A DNA stretch of 64,000 nt from the human T2T-CHM13v2.0 reference genome, Homo sapiens, in assembly GCF_009914755.1 (NCBI RefSeq), contig NC_060936.1; one strand, 5' to 3'. The translations under genes were made by a program, and so were the position numbers. The notes under the pieces were generated by a model. It saw only the letters and a list, made by a program, of their open reading frames with translations. It made no database searches and was not told the origin of the DNA. Below are positions 48,459-62,494 of the stretch, piece by piece (the first letter of the stretch is position 1; each line of letters begins with the position of its first letter).

Positions 48459-49499
48459 TGAGCATTACATATGTCACAACCTTTATAATAAATACCATTT
48501 TATTACAGAATGCAACAAAATAATTATTTGAATTATGCCTAGTAACATAATTCCAGAAAGAAATGGGTTTGGACAATTGTATATTTATGGATATATCCAT
48601 TGTTCCCATTTTAAGAAGTGAACAATTATTAGTGTGTTTTTTTGAAAGGCAAAGCCAGATTTGTCATTAAATGAGACAGCTAAAAGAATGGAAGCAATAC
48701 AAGCAGTCCCCAACTTATGAATGAGTTATATAACAAAATTCCTTTTAAGATGTTTTCTTTCCATTTTATAAGATGGATATTTATCGACAGTGGCCACACA
48801 AAAAAACCTGTGAAAACCCACAGCTTATGCTAAATGACAATATTTTTAGCATTGGTTATGGTGACTGTGTGAGTGAGAGGGACACAAGGAAAAACATGTT
48901 TCTCCATTTTTCCTGATACTCAGTTGACCCTGCCCAATATGTGAAAAATAACTAAAGCCAGCTTTTCACACAGCCTTCTCTCTCTTTGTCACCTTTGTTT
49001 TCTTCCTGAGGTAATGCTGTTTCCCAACTGATATTCTCTAGCTGCCTTTTCTTTAAAGTGGTTTTGGTTTCCAATTTTCTAACCCAACTTATCTCTTGAT
49101 CAAAATGACTCAGTACAGCTGGTATGGGGAAATGTCTAAGAAAAAATAATTGGGCCAAAGTGTCCACACCAGCCCTGCATCTTGCATCCCCTCTGCTTCT
49201 CACTTCCCGACCCCCACACCACAATTGTTAATTTAAATAAACAAATAACTTAAGGAATTTCTGGCAGTGTGGGGTCCTGGAGTGATACATGTATAGATAG
49301 TATGGGTGAAGATATTTGGAGACAGGAACTGGGATAGGTGGGAATTCAGCCTTAAATGCAGCATCCCCTGCACTGCTCTTGAAGTGATACATTTTCTTCA
49401 ATACTATACTTAGGAGCCTATAGTTTCTTTATTTTAATACATACACATTTTCCCAGTGGGTCTTGCAAAGCTTGTGATAGAAGATTTGTTAATGAGGTA

Positions 49500-49861
49500 T
49501 GTATTAGTCTGTTCTCACACTGCTAATAAAGACATACCCAAGACTGGGTAATTTATAAAGGAAAGAGGTTTAATTGACTCACAGTTCCACATAGCTGGGG
49601 AGGCCTCACAATCATGCCAGAAGGTGAATGGGGGTCAAAGGCACATCTTACATGGCAGCAGGCAAGGGAGCACGTGCAGAGGAACTCCTTTTTATAAAAC
49701 CATCAGATCTCATGAGACTTATTCACTGTCACGAGAACAGCATGGGAAAGACGCCCCCATAATTCAATGACCTCCCATTGGGTCTCTCCCACAACAGGTG
49801 GGAATTATGGGAGCTACAATTCAAGATGAAATTTGGGTGGGGACACAACCAAACCATATCA
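49500..49861 (-). mobile_element. MaLR solo LTR (THE1-type)
   Basis: TGTATTAGTCTGTTCTCACACTGCTAATAAAGACATACCC...GGACACAACCAAACCATATCA; TG...CA ends; ~360 bp. Confidence 0.9.
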
Positions 49862-50849
49862 AGATGTAATAAGCTAGAGATAACTGCTTCATTTTTTCTA
49901 AAATGTAAAAGTAAATGTAAAATACATGATTATATAATATTGTTTACCTATATTTTAATTTTAATTCTTTTCAATACCTCAAATGTAAAACCATCCACTC
50001 ATAAAGTAAATTTTAAGAGTTACCTCTATATGAAAGAAATCGTTATTTGTGTTAGTTATAACATTCCTTATACCTGGCCACCCAAAACAAGAAAATAATC
50101 AAGTTTTCAATTTTCAATTTTTTTATCATAACTCTGGATATAAATATAACTAAAATGTTTTCAGTAATAACTCCATGCACAATGATCAAACAAATGCTGT
50201 ACTTGTTGTGGGCTGGCATCAACAATTATGAAAGTGGCTTGGTAAGGCCAGGCCAGACCTTTGTAACCAGTTATACCAGGCTACTGTTAGACAGCCCCAG
50301 ATAGCCCATCCCTCTGCCTCAGGGCTTATGGAAACAGTGGATGTTGGTAACTGAACACTTACTCCCTGCTGCATGCTTCCCATGTCATTTCATTCCTGTG
50401 AAGTGCATTTTCATATCTATATTTCATAAATGAGGAGACAGATTCTGAAAGGCAAACCAACTTGCTCAAAATAACTAGCTTATATATTTTGAGCCAGATG
50501 CAGACTAAAGTCTGTGTAATGCTAAAACCTGTGCTCCTAGACATTATGCAAACTGTTTCATGGGCTTACACTGAAATAATATCTGATGAATTTCTCTTTG
50601 CATAAGAGAGTGAGCTCCACAAGTGTGGTAGGCAGAGCATCCTCCTATCTCAGAACCTGACACAGCGAAGGTGCTCAATGCTGGTTGAACCAAAGTGACA
50701 ACTTGTTTATCCAGCTCTATCATAGCAGTAACTTTACTAAAAGTTCTCTGTTCCCTTACTTTTTTTCAGAAAAGTTATCCACGTCCCCAAACAAAACCTA
50801 CGTCCCTGTAACAAAAAGCTTTTATTTTCAAGAGCTGTATCTTTAGCCA

Positions 50850-51270
50850 TTTTTTTAATTGTGGTAAAATATATATAACATCAAATTTACCATTTTAACC
50901 ATTTGAAAGTATACAGCTCAGTGGTATTAAGTACATTCACACTGTTGTTTGATCATCAGCATCAGCCACCCTCAGAATTTTTTCATCTTCCCAAAGTGAA
51001 ACTCCGTACATATTAAACAGCAACTCCCCATTCCCCCTCCCTGCAGCCCCTGGCCATCACTATTTTACCTTCAGTCTTGATGAAACTGACTATTCTAACT
51101 ACGTCATATAAGTGGAATTAAACAGTATTTTTCCTTTTGTAACTAGGTTATTTTGTATATTGTCAAGGTTTATCCTTATTGTAGCATGTGTCAAAATTTT
51201 CTTCCTAAGGCTGAATAATATTCCATTGTATGTATATATCACATTTTGTTTATCCATTTATCTGATGATT
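50850..51270 (-). mobile_element. Old L1 (L1MB-like) 3' end
   Basis: ttttttaattgtggtaaaat...tcagtggtattaagtacattcacactgttg...ggctgaataatattccattgtatg. Confidence 0.75.
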
Positions 51271-51899
51271 TATTGAGTAATGGAGTTGTCCAAAATGAAA
51301 TCTTTTTGCCAATTCTTTGATGGAAAGATAAGATGCAAATATAGAAATGCAATGAGTTCATGATTTTTAGAACATCTCTCTTTTTATATCATAAGCCCTA
51401 AAATTAATCATGGAAAACTAGTTCAGTTTAGGCAATCAGCAAAAAAAAATAGATGGGCTTAAGATAATTTAGGATTTATGAGTTATAAATATGCCACATT
51501 TTAACTACTCAGGCTGGAATTAGCCTGTCTTCATTTGATTATCTGTTTTGATACATTGACTGTTCTTCAGAAGATTCGTGAAGTTAGGGTATTTAAAAAT
51601 TGCCATTTCTCTAAAATTAAATAGAATAATAGGGAAGGGAGCATTGATTCTAAATAAGAATGCAAATTTATAGCCATCAAGTTTTCTACTACTACCATTT
51701 AACTTCTAATCAGCGTATTATGGAATATTCTTGTTCAAGAATTGGTGTCTGAATCTTAAGTCAATAAGAAGGAAATAATCTATACAGTTTTTAGTATTTT
51801 CAGCAGTTTTCCTTATGTGCTAACCAATAATTTTTTAGCTGGCATTTATCAATGCCAGAGACACGCTCATATACACATATTATATATCCTATAATACAC

Positions 51900-52060
51900 A
51901 GCATTATCCTCTAATCCTCACACTGAAAAGTAGACATCATCACCATTTTACAAATGAGGAAGGAGAGGATCAGAAAGGTTAAGTGACTTTCTCAGTTAAT
52001 AACTGGCAGAGTTGGCATTTGAGAACAGGACTTCTAGATACAAGGCTGCTGCTCTGTCAC
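51900..52060 (-). mobile_element. MIR SINE fragment
   Basis: ccattttacaaatgaggaaggagaggatcagaaaggttaagtgactt MIR core. Confidence 0.6.
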
Positions 52061-53359
52061 CTCACACTTCCCCTACATGTTGTGAATGGTGCTGGGCCAC
52101 AAAAATGAATGGGACAGTCTCCACCCTGGAAAAATTTATATTATACTGGAATGGATGGGCATTTTTAACTAATTAAAATATAATAGTATGAAGATTAGAA
52201 GTTCTTTGGATGCCAGCAGGTAGACATAGCTTAACAGTGCCTGAAAAGCTTTGCAAAGGAAAGGGCATTCCATCTTGGCCTTACATGACTTCCTTCCATG
52301 CTGGTTTTCCATTTTAATTAGTAAAGAATTTAGTTAAGCACATGGGATGATTGGTTAAAGTTGAAGCTGTAATGAGATCATGAAGGTTAAATTAAAGTGT
52401 TTGAAGTTTATCTCTTAGCAGTGGAAAACAAATGTTTTTATGTTTTCATTCTTGCTACTTTTTTCTGCTTAATCTACCATTCTGTAGAAGCCTTAGTAAT
52501 AGAACAAGCGAAGGAGAAGAAAAAGATAATTTTTTTAAAAAAGAATCCTTTTATGAGCTTATGCTAGCTTATTTTAATGTTCTTGCATTATAGGCATGAT
52601 TAAAGATTTTAAGTGTATGACTTTGCATTTTGATCAGAGTTATCATCTCCCTCAAGGCTGCTCAATAACATGATCCATAATGACATTTTGTTGTTATTTT
52701 CTGACCTGTTGGGTGAGGCACTAAAGCCAGCTTCCCTAGGTCTATGTAGCTTTAAGTTATTGCAGTGAGGAAATTTCACAGTGCTGTCATGCTTTTGGTT
52801 AATACAGTTTTGTGTTTTGCTTGGGAAAGACAATTCTGAGAGTGTCCTATTGATTCAGATGTTTTCTGACAGTAGCTGCCTACCAGGTTTGCCTTCATTG
52901 ACTTTTCAATGTTCTGTTACAAATAACTTGCATGTACAATTTGATATTGAAAAGCCTAGAAGGTTCCCCACTGTGCATGAAGTTAGAGCAGCCCTGAGCC
53001 ATGGGGTGGTGAGTGCTTATTATCATTCTGAAAATCATCCACTTGTCCTAGGCTGTTGCCATAAAAGGGTTGTGTTTTCTCTGTTATTCTTTTTTGTTCT
53101 CCTGCTTCTTTTATTCTTTCAGACATTCCAATGCACTTCTTATTCTTTAAAAGTTTAAACTTCATTCTTAAAAATTCCCCATGGTGACTGAAACTTGAAA
53201 TATAAAGTCACAGGTGTTTTCTGATATTTTTGAACACACGGAATGTGAGATGGCTTGGATTGGAAGTACTTATTTTGTTAGTACAATTTAAAAGAATCAC
53301 TTCTGTGAGATTTTCCTAAAATGATGAATGGTTAGAAATGTTCTTTTATAATCATAATA

Positions 53360-53520
53360 AAAATAACTACCATTTATCGAATGCCTACCATCTGCCAAGA
53401 TCTGTGCTTAGCAACTTTCATGCTATCTATAATATTGACAACTCTGTAAGGTAGGTATCATTAAACCATTTACAGATAAAGAAACAAAGACTCTGAGAAG
53501 TTAAGTGACTTGTCCAAGAC
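53360..53520 (-). mobile_element. MIR SINE fragment
   Basis: catttatcgaatgcctacc...aactctgtaaggtaggtatc...tttacagataaagaaac...gagaagttaagtgacttgtccaag. Confidence 0.65.
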
Positions 53521-55478
53521 AAGAATGATTACTTCTATCTTTCTAATTGTGGTTGACTTCTACTTATTAAAAATGATGGTAATATCATTTGGGTTTGCAG
53601 AGCACGTCACGGTTTACATAGCAGTTTCACATATGCCACCTCCTTTAACCTCACAAAACTGATAACTATATTTTGCATTTCACCTTAATCTTTGTGAGAC
53701 CATCTTGAGGCTTTAGATCAGAAATGGGGTATGAATTTCCTTGTGCTGAAATATGACCCTTTGTTAAGTTAGCATCATTTGCAAAAATGTCTTCTTTTCT
53801 ACCATTACTAGTTTATGCTTCTATTTTATCAGGGGAGAAGGCAGCTGGAGAACTTGTCTGTTGATGCCCTTGAAGAGTTTGTGGGATTATGTTTACCCAG
53901 AAAATAGTTGCCTGTAGCAAAAGCATAATAATGTTTTTGAGACCCAGCTGCTCTGCCCCTGAAAACTATGTAGGAAATACTTACATAGCTGCTATTTCCT
54001 GCTCTCTCCTCCCAGGATCCCAGCCCGTGGCATCTCTGCCTTTCAAAGACATTCCACTGTGCAGTCTGTCCCTATGTCTGCTTGTAAACCAAAGCATAAT
54101 GTTCATTTACACATAAGTGGAGGAGGGGGAAGGAGAACCTTATAGAATTACAAATAAGATAATATTATAATGGGTAATAAGTACATTTCTGCCTTATCAC
54201 CAGTATTTCCAAAACCCAATGGCATCAAATTCTCTGAAATAATTTAGGGCTCTGAAATGGGAATTGGGTAAAGAAAATAAGTAAAAAAGTTGTTGGATTC
54301 AATAGGGAAAAATAATAAAACAAATACAGTAACAGGTACACTACCCTCCTCTATCCCCTTTGGGAACACCAAAGCAAACCCACTCACCCTTCCAAAAAGT
54401 ATCATTTCTTTCAAATATCAGAGCTTTGACCCAGGAGTCTGACCTCACTTTTCCTGACCTAACTCCTCCTAGGCGAGATTGGTTTCTCCCTCTCTTCTGT
54501 ATTCTCAAAGCACCTAGGACATGCCTCTGCTTCAGTATCCATCTTCTCTACTGGACATGAGCAAAATGAGCCCCCTCCTTATCCCTACCATTCCGGAGAA
54601 CAGTCCATCACTTGGAGCATAAAGCTTAGTGCACAAGTAGATGAATCTATTCAGCCATGCAACAGTACCAGACCTTCTGTTAGTGCTGTGTGCTACACTC
54701 AGAGAATGTTTAAAGAAATGAGGAATGAAGAAAGGGAGTGAAGAAGACAGGGAATGTAGGAATGAGAGAGACAGGGAAGAAAAGACTGAAGGAGAAAGGA
54801 AAGAGGGAGTAAGGAAGGAAGGAAAGAAGAAAGCCTGGCCCAAGATGTGAATAAGAGTGTAATGATTTCACTTATCACATAGTATTTCACATAATATCTA
54901 TTGTTTACTTTCAGCAAAGAAATTTATTTTGAGAATATGAATATTTCAGAGGAATAATTCACAGTGGAGATGGGGTAGATAGTTTTGTAGAAGACTAGAA
55001 ATCAGTTTCTAAATGTTTCTCTTTCCACTAATTTCAAAGTCTATTTTTCTTATTACTAAAATGTTTCCACTTTTATATATGTGAAGATAAAACTTTTGCT
55101 TACTCCTTAGCTAATGAATTTTATAAACAAACTCTTTTATATGTTTTTATAATATAATATGTGAAATGAGAAGACTAAGGGATTTTACCTACCACCTACA
55201 TATTACCATATTAAGATATTCCTGAATAAAGTAAACCCCACCATAAATGTGTGTGTGTTGGGGGGTATGATTTTTCTTTTTGGTCTATGAAACAGATTAT
55301 GCTAATTTACACCAGCACTTCCAATAACAACTAACTATTCTGCACCCCAAACACACACACACACACATACACACACAACACACCCCATCTACTCTTCTCT
55401 CTCCTGCTCCAGTACTCTGTAGCATTAGTTTAGTTTCTCTTATTCCCTCAGCCCCACTCTTTAGACAAAAAAATAGAG

Positions 55479-55479
<1 letters not shown>

Positions 55480-55545
<66 letters not shown>

Positions 55546-55547
55546 AA
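55480..55547. repeat. (GAAA)17 perfect tetranucleotide STR
   Basis: Direct reading. Confidence 0.95.
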
Positions 55548-55639
55548 AGGAAACCTTTCCTTCTCATTTCTAGGGCTCTAAGGGTTTGCACGCTGCCACT
55601 CTACCATTCTTCACACATTCCAATTAGAAACTTAAGGGA

Positions 55640-55941
55640 GGCCAGCGTAGTGGCTTGTGCCTGTGATCCCAGCACTTTGGGAGGCTGAGGTGGGTGAATC
55701 GCTTCAGCCCAGGAGTTTGAGATCAGCCTGGGCAACATGGTGAAAACCCGTCTTCACAAAAATAAAAACAAACAACAACAAAAATAGCCGGCATTATAGC
55801 ACACACCTGTAGTCCCAGATACTAGGGAAGCTGAAGTGGGAGGGTCGCTTGAGTCCGGGAGGTGAAGGATATAGGCTGCAGTGAGCCTTTAGTGTGCCAC
55901 TGCATTCCAGCCTGGGCGACTGAGCGAGACTCTGTCCCAAA
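55640..55941 (+). mobile_element. Alu SINE (AluJ-like)
   Basis: Diverged dimeric Alu; gcttcagcccaggagtttgagatcagcctgggcaac and aggctgcagtgagcc are AluJ-type. Confidence 0.9.
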
Positions 55942-58900
55942 AGAGAGGAGTGGAGGGGAGGGGAGGAGAGGGGCACAAAGGTGCCATGCATATCAGAGGA
56001 TGCTTTCTTGTCTGCTTATCTCAAATCTGGCCATACATTTGAATATCAAATAAAGCTGATATTCTCATTTTCTTCCTCTCTACTGAAAAATAATCTATCC
56101 CAGTAACAACAGTTAGCAGTCACTGCAGGCAAGATGATAAAGAGGAAAATAAAAAAATCTTGAGGAAAAAAAAAGTCAAGGATGATTTTGAATATTTATT
56201 ATATTATCTTGAAACCCATCATAATCACTTCACAAATTCTTAATGAAATCTGACCAAAATGTGCTCCCACTATTTGTTGAGATCTATAGGAAAGTCAAAA
56301 TGATACAATTTCTCATTTTATCATTATTTTTTGTGCACTTATGCGCACAGAAGATACTGTGTGAATTGGTTTGAAGTTTTCCTTCTTTTCACTATCTTAT
56401 AGCTTAATTGGTAATGAGCAGCAAATTTTAAAAGATTAAAAATTACGGGGGGGAAGGGAAGAGGAAAGTTAGTGCCCTAGATAGAGTGAAAAAAATTACA
56501 AAAGAACAAAGTAATTATTCACAAGATGGGAAAAAGATATAAATGAATTGAATTATGAGTCAGACAGAAAAGACCACACACATATATACCCACATGCATG
56601 AACATACACAAACACAAATACACATGCACACACAAAAAGACATGCACACACAGTCTACACTACACACATATCATCCACCCACACAAATGCAGAGACCACA
56701 CATTTGACACATGCTCACAAACACACTTATCCAAACATGGCAAAATTATGCTCCCAATTTAATTAGCAAAGAATACATTTTACCAGAAGCAGGGTAAACA
56801 CCACATAGGATAGTAGCATATATCAGAGTAGCTTCCCTTGATCCCCAGAGTCCTTGTGGGGGCTCACAGCTGCCTATGAACTGGACATATAAGCAAACCT
56901 ATAAACCTGAATTCTTTCTGCAACACCGAACTTTTATAAGCCAGAGGTACAGGATGACTTCAGAAAATCTTAAACTTACAATTTTTATGCCTCTGATTAA
57001 CATTAAGCATCACATCTCTTGGTTTGAAAAAAAAAATTAAAAAAAAAAACAACTCAGTGACATGGAGGCCATATCATCATCTGGGGAGAGAGAGCAGAGT
57101 CAGTGAGCAGAAGCTATGAGCAAAATGGCATTACCTTGCAGTAAATATTGTGAATTATACTTAATCTAATATTCAATTTACAAATGGGGATAATTAATAA
57201 TTAGTGCCTAATTAGAAATAAATGAAATAATATTGGTAACATAGCTAATACAATGCCTGGCACATCAAAGATGCTTAAAAAAACAGAAATGGGGAAAGGT
57301 GAGACAGATTTTCACTTCCTTGTTATAACTGATGATTATCCAGTTGCTTTTGGTCTAGTTGGTTCCCCTTGCATAATCCATTAGCTTAAACTAATTGCAT
57401 TTTCCAACTTGATCTCCATTTAGTGTCCTAACATGTATTAATATGGGCTACTGAATCTGCATTCATATGTCTCTGAGACCTGAATAAAACCTTAAAATTT
57501 TCAGGGATAGGTTGGAAATACACATTACATGAATGTTACTATACATTGCCTTGATGCAGTGTTACTATAATTGCCTCCACGCAGTGTGCTTTGGGATCAT
57601 AGATCAAAATGATGGGAAAACCTTCCTGCCACAACAAGCCAGTTGGCTTGTCCCACTGTGAGATTCTCCCCCAGCTTACAAAATAGACATGCTTTTTCAA
57701 AAGTGTTTCTTTTAATTTGTTGAAATGTCAAGAAGAGCCTAATGTTATAGATTTTGGTGAAAGGTAGTTTTCCCTTATCAAAATCATATAGCTCATACCT
57801 ATCTATTTTTTTCAAATGTCCATTGTACAAAAATACAGTCTTTATGGGTATTTAACTCCTACAGTTGACTTTAAGTTCTGCTCTCTATATTGAGCAGAAA
57901 AATAGTCATGGAACTGTGGAATTGGAATTTGAAGGTATGTATATCAATGCCATTTAAATATTAAAAGTAGTAGGAAACTATATCTATATAAATATAGTCA
58001 TTTTCTAGAGTCAGTTAGTTTCAAGAGGCTTTTCTTTTTTTAACATTTAAGATGCTTTACTTGGAGTTCCTTAGAGAAAAATTTCTTCAAATGCTAAGAT
58101 AATATAAAAACCATAGCTTTCCAAAAACTTTTACATTAACTTTGAAACAAGTAACTAATGCAAGTGAGGCCAAGCAATTAGTTTGTAAGGAGACCTTGTA
58201 ATGCAGAGGTGTAGGGGATTCCAGGTAAAACATCAATACCAACTGTACTTTTTTGCTGTGTGGTGTAGAAAGGCAGATGAGAGAAGTCGGGATATGGACA
58301 CAGGTCCTGGACTTTAAAGATTCACTTAAATTTCCCCACTTCTTTATCCTGGCATACATCCTCCCCTAGGATCAAGCTGCCATGGGCTAGAAATAAAGAC
58401 TCAGAATATATTTGTTCAAGACCAACAGATCAAGTAGAAATTGTTGTAGAACATATATGTGCTGCTGCGTTTCAGGGTTGAATATAATCATTTGGCAATA
58501 TCACCTCTACATTTTTATTTCCACGAAGACACACCCATGAGACAAGCCTTAAAGAAGGTGACAGCAATAGATATTATTTCCAGAGCTCCTACCATGCTTT
58601 GGATTACAATCTTATCAATTTGGGTTGAAGTTGCAAAAAATTCAGGCCAAAAATGAACTTTGAGTAGTTTATGAAACCCAAACACACTTGTCAAACCTAA
58701 CCATGCAAAACAGCACAAATTAAGTCAACTTTCAATCTGGTTTTGTGCCAAATGGAATGAAGCCTCTGGTGGGCTAGACAGCTCTATTTCCTGCTTTCAA
58801 TTTTGGAGATTCCAATTAGTAAATTAAACTTTAAAAAGCTGTCTAAAATAATTAATTAGGTCATAATTATTCAGAAGCATATTTTATAGTGTACTCTAAT

Positions 58901-59279
58901 CTAGTGTCTAGTCTAAATACTTGAAAACGGTATCAATTTCATTATTAAAGAATTAATTATAATTGGGCCTAATCCTTTGCTGATGAACGTTGAAAAAATA
59001 CTCTGGGGATAAACTGTTCACATATGCGAAGTGGATAAATTCTTTCAGAGCTCAAGAATAATAGTTATGCTCTGGAAGTGTTTTCTGCTTATATTAATTC
59101 CTTTGTTAAAATTCTTACAGATATCACCCAACAAATAAAAGTTTCATAGGAAAAAGAGCCCTCTGTTTAAATGAGTTTATCACATATGGACAACTGATTT
59201 TCCTCCTACTCTATTCCAAACATTTTCCATAATCAGTACATTGGTACAGAAAAGAGAAAAGAAACAGGGAGAAGTAACC

Positions 59280-59392
59280 TGCCGGGCATGGTAGCTCATG
59301 CCTGTAATCCCAGCACTTTGGGAGGCCGAGCCAGGAGAATTGTTTGAACTCAGGAGTTCATGAGCAGCCTGGACAACATCATGAGATCCATG
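59280..59392 (+). mobile_element. Alu left monomer (FLAM/AluJ-like)
   Basis: gccgggcatggtagctcatgcctgtaatcccagcactttgggaggccgag...; no right arm. Confidence 0.8.
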
Positions 59393-61215
59393 TGGGAAAA
59401 ATTTTGATATTTCTTTAACTTCCTTCTCATTTCTTCCTAATGTCCTTTTATGATCTAGCAAATCAAATTTAAAAACTCAACATATCATAAATAATGATAC
59501 CAGAGATCAGTATAGCTTACCTGTTTCCATCTATGTCAGAGAGAAGAAATAAATATAGACCATTTCAATACTCTTCCTGCATATACAGGCCAAATAGAAT
59601 TATAAAGCCAAAGCTCTAGAGTTCAATAAAGGAAAGGCAGTTAATGATTATAGTTTTATGGGTAAATTGTTGTAGTGAATTAATGTGTTTTTCAGAAGAG
59701 AGAGAACAGGAATGGCAGGTGTTCATCTATAAATGGTGATGAACAATGTGAAACCAAGACCACAGGTAATATTTCTGGTAAGGATTTCACAAGAGTGTAA
59801 ACCACAGCAGCTAAAAACAAAACTTAAATCCATAAGTAGACAAGTTAATCAGAAACATATTTTATGCACTGTTTCTTCTATAATTTTAGGCTTCACAAAA
59901 TACATTACATACATAACTAAGGCCATAATGCTGACTTAAGCTCTTATTTAAATGTATTTGTTGAAAATATTCACAGACTTTTTCAGAACATATGTTCTTT
60001 TTATATTTGTCTATACATGTTTCTATTTTTTTTCAATTGTGTTTGGATGTTGAGACTCTAAGTGATTTTTCTATTTTATTTATGGATATTATAATATTAA
60101 TTTTAATACTAATTCAAAATTTTAAAAATATAAAAAGGAATCTAAAAATCCCTGTAATGTAGAAAGATGGCTACTAACTATGACTTACATGTGACTTGAC
60201 ATTGATAGAAAAATACTCGTGTGTTTACAAATGAACACATAATAAGTATGAAATAAGGATATAGTCAGATGTTAAAATCCCTTTCTGGATCTCAGTCCTC
60301 TTGGCAAACATAACTGTTGTGTTACTCTTTTTATTTTAATGGGAGTAAAGTGTTTGGGTGAAAGAATAATTTTTACTTTTATGTTTCCAAAAATACAAAT
60401 ACTGCTGTTTTGAGATGCAAAATGGAAAAATTGAATAGAATAGAATTAAGTCTCATTGTCCAACAGAATCAATAAATAATAAATGAGAAAAATAAAGAGA
60501 TGCTCAAATATAACCTTGAACATAATGCTTTGCAGGGTTATAAGAGTGTTCAAATGCCTTTCATTTTCATCCTTTCAAATTTTTCAAAAGCTAATTAAGG
60601 TGTCATAGGTAAATAATAATGCTTCTATTATAACCAAAGCCTATTCTTTGAAGGCGGTTTATCAAGCATTTCTGCTAGTTTATATAACCGTAGTGGATCT
60701 ACCAATACACCCAATGAGTGGCATACAAACTGATCAAGATAGACCCAGGAATCTAGATACATGTCCATCAGTGTGAGAATAGCATTTGCCAAGTCAACAT
60801 TTTTGCCTCCAAAATGCTTTATAGACCTCAAGAAATTCTAACAACACTCTTGAGAGAACATTTGCTCTTATTAACAATTTCTAGTGAGAAATTAATGGCT
60901 AATTAATTTGCCCAAGGACAAAGAAAGTCAGATTATGGTTTTCAGGCTCATTTTTTTTTAGTCTAATTGATTATTAGCGTTGCATTATCTCTTTTTTTAA
61001 CCTTGAAGGTCTTTTTGTTTTCTTAAAAATGCAGCATTCTTTGCTATTGTGAATCCATGTTGTGGCTATACTTGTATTTGAGGTTACACTTCTATTCTAA
61101 GTTCCTATTTCCAACACCAATTTTTTAGGCGTTTTTCTCTTCTTTTTTTTCTTTTTCTAAAGTTTTACTTTATTCTGCAAAGCTAAACTAGAAAGATGTA
61201 CTAAAGATTGTTTGG

Positions 61216-61447
61216 CACTGGGTACACTTGAACATAAACACGGGAACAACAGATACTGGGGATTACTGAAGAGGAAAGACAGCGACAGGGGCAAGGCTGA
61301 ACAACTACCTATTGGGTACTATGCTTACTACCTGAGTGACAGATCATTTATTCTCGAAACCTCAATATCATGCAGTATACTTTTGTAACAAACCTGCATG
61401 GGTGCCCTCTGAATCTGAAATAAAAGTTGAAAGGAAAAAAAAGAAAG
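61216..61447 (+). mobile_element. Old L1PA (PA15/16-like) 3' UTR fragment with A tail
   Basis: actacctattgggtactatgcttactacctgagtgac...gtaacaaacctgcat...aataaaagttgaaa; TSD-like aaagattgtttgg / aaaattgtttgg. Confidence 0.8.
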
Positions 61448-62061
61448 AAAATTGTTTGGTTTTGTTTCAATTAGCCAAAATTTGAGATAAGTAATAGCTG
61501 CAAGTAGTAAAAAATAGTCTACGCTGTGTGTACATAAGAGTAGATAACTCAAACCTCGGTTCCCCTCTAAACACAAACTCTAAATAAAGGAAGAGGGTTC
61601 TGCCCTTCAAAAGTGAAGATATATAGACAAAAGAAACAAATATCTTGAAATGCTGAGCCTCATCCTTTTCAAAAAATACTTAAATAACTAGAAAAACAAA
61701 ATAAAAATAGAATTCAGGGTGTGTGTTTGAGAGCAACAGATCCTTCTTCAGTATATTATTGGCTGGAAGTGTACAGAAATCTTTGTAAATTTTATTTAAA
61801 AATAATTTATTGGCTAATTCAAGATTTTATTTACTACTTTCTATGCCAGACACTATTATGAGTTCTGAAGTTACAATAACAAATGATATGGACTTTGTCC
61901 TTAAAAAGCTCACAGTCTAAGAGAGTGGGGGAACCCAAATATAATAAATCTGTGCTAAAAGAGTACAAGGAAAGAAGTAATTATTAATACTTCTGTGGAC
62001 AATAAACACTACTATAGATCAGAAAACTGTATCCCAAAGCCTAAATGTGGTTAAATGCCTA

Positions 62062-62494
62062 CTATATTTGTTTGCTACCATAACAAACCACCAATTTGCA
62101 TAACCTCAACAAAAGAAATTTATTCTCTCACAGTTCTGAAGACTAGAAATCCAAACTCAAGATGTCAGTCAGGCAGTGCTTCCTCTGAACTCCTTTAGGG
62201 AAGGCTCCTTCCTTGCTTCTTCCAGCTTCTGGTAGCCCCAGGCACTTCTTAACTGTGGCAACATAACTCTAATTGCTGCCTCTGTCTTCACATGGCTGTC
62301 TTCCCTCATTGTCTTTGTCTCTTCTGTTCATTTAAGAACACCAGTTATGTTGGACTTAAGGCCTACCCTACTCAAGAATGACTTCACCTTAATTACATCT
62401 GCAAAGACCCTATTTCCACATAAAGTCATATTCATAGATACCGGGGATTAGGACTTCAACATATCTTTTTAAGAGGCACAATTCAACACAAAAC
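62062..62494 (-). mobile_element. MaLR solo LTR (MLT1C-like)
   Basis: gaaatttattctctcacagttctg...ttacatctgcaaagaccctatttcc...ttaggacttcaacatatcttttt. Confidence 0.8.

Noticed and set aside
52781-53158. 125-aa ORF and the other 60-110-aa ORFs in AT-rich DNA
   Set aside because: Lengths expected by chance, mostly TTG/GTG starts, no homology I recognise; no synaptotagmin coding sequence (C2 or TM domain) in any frame shown.
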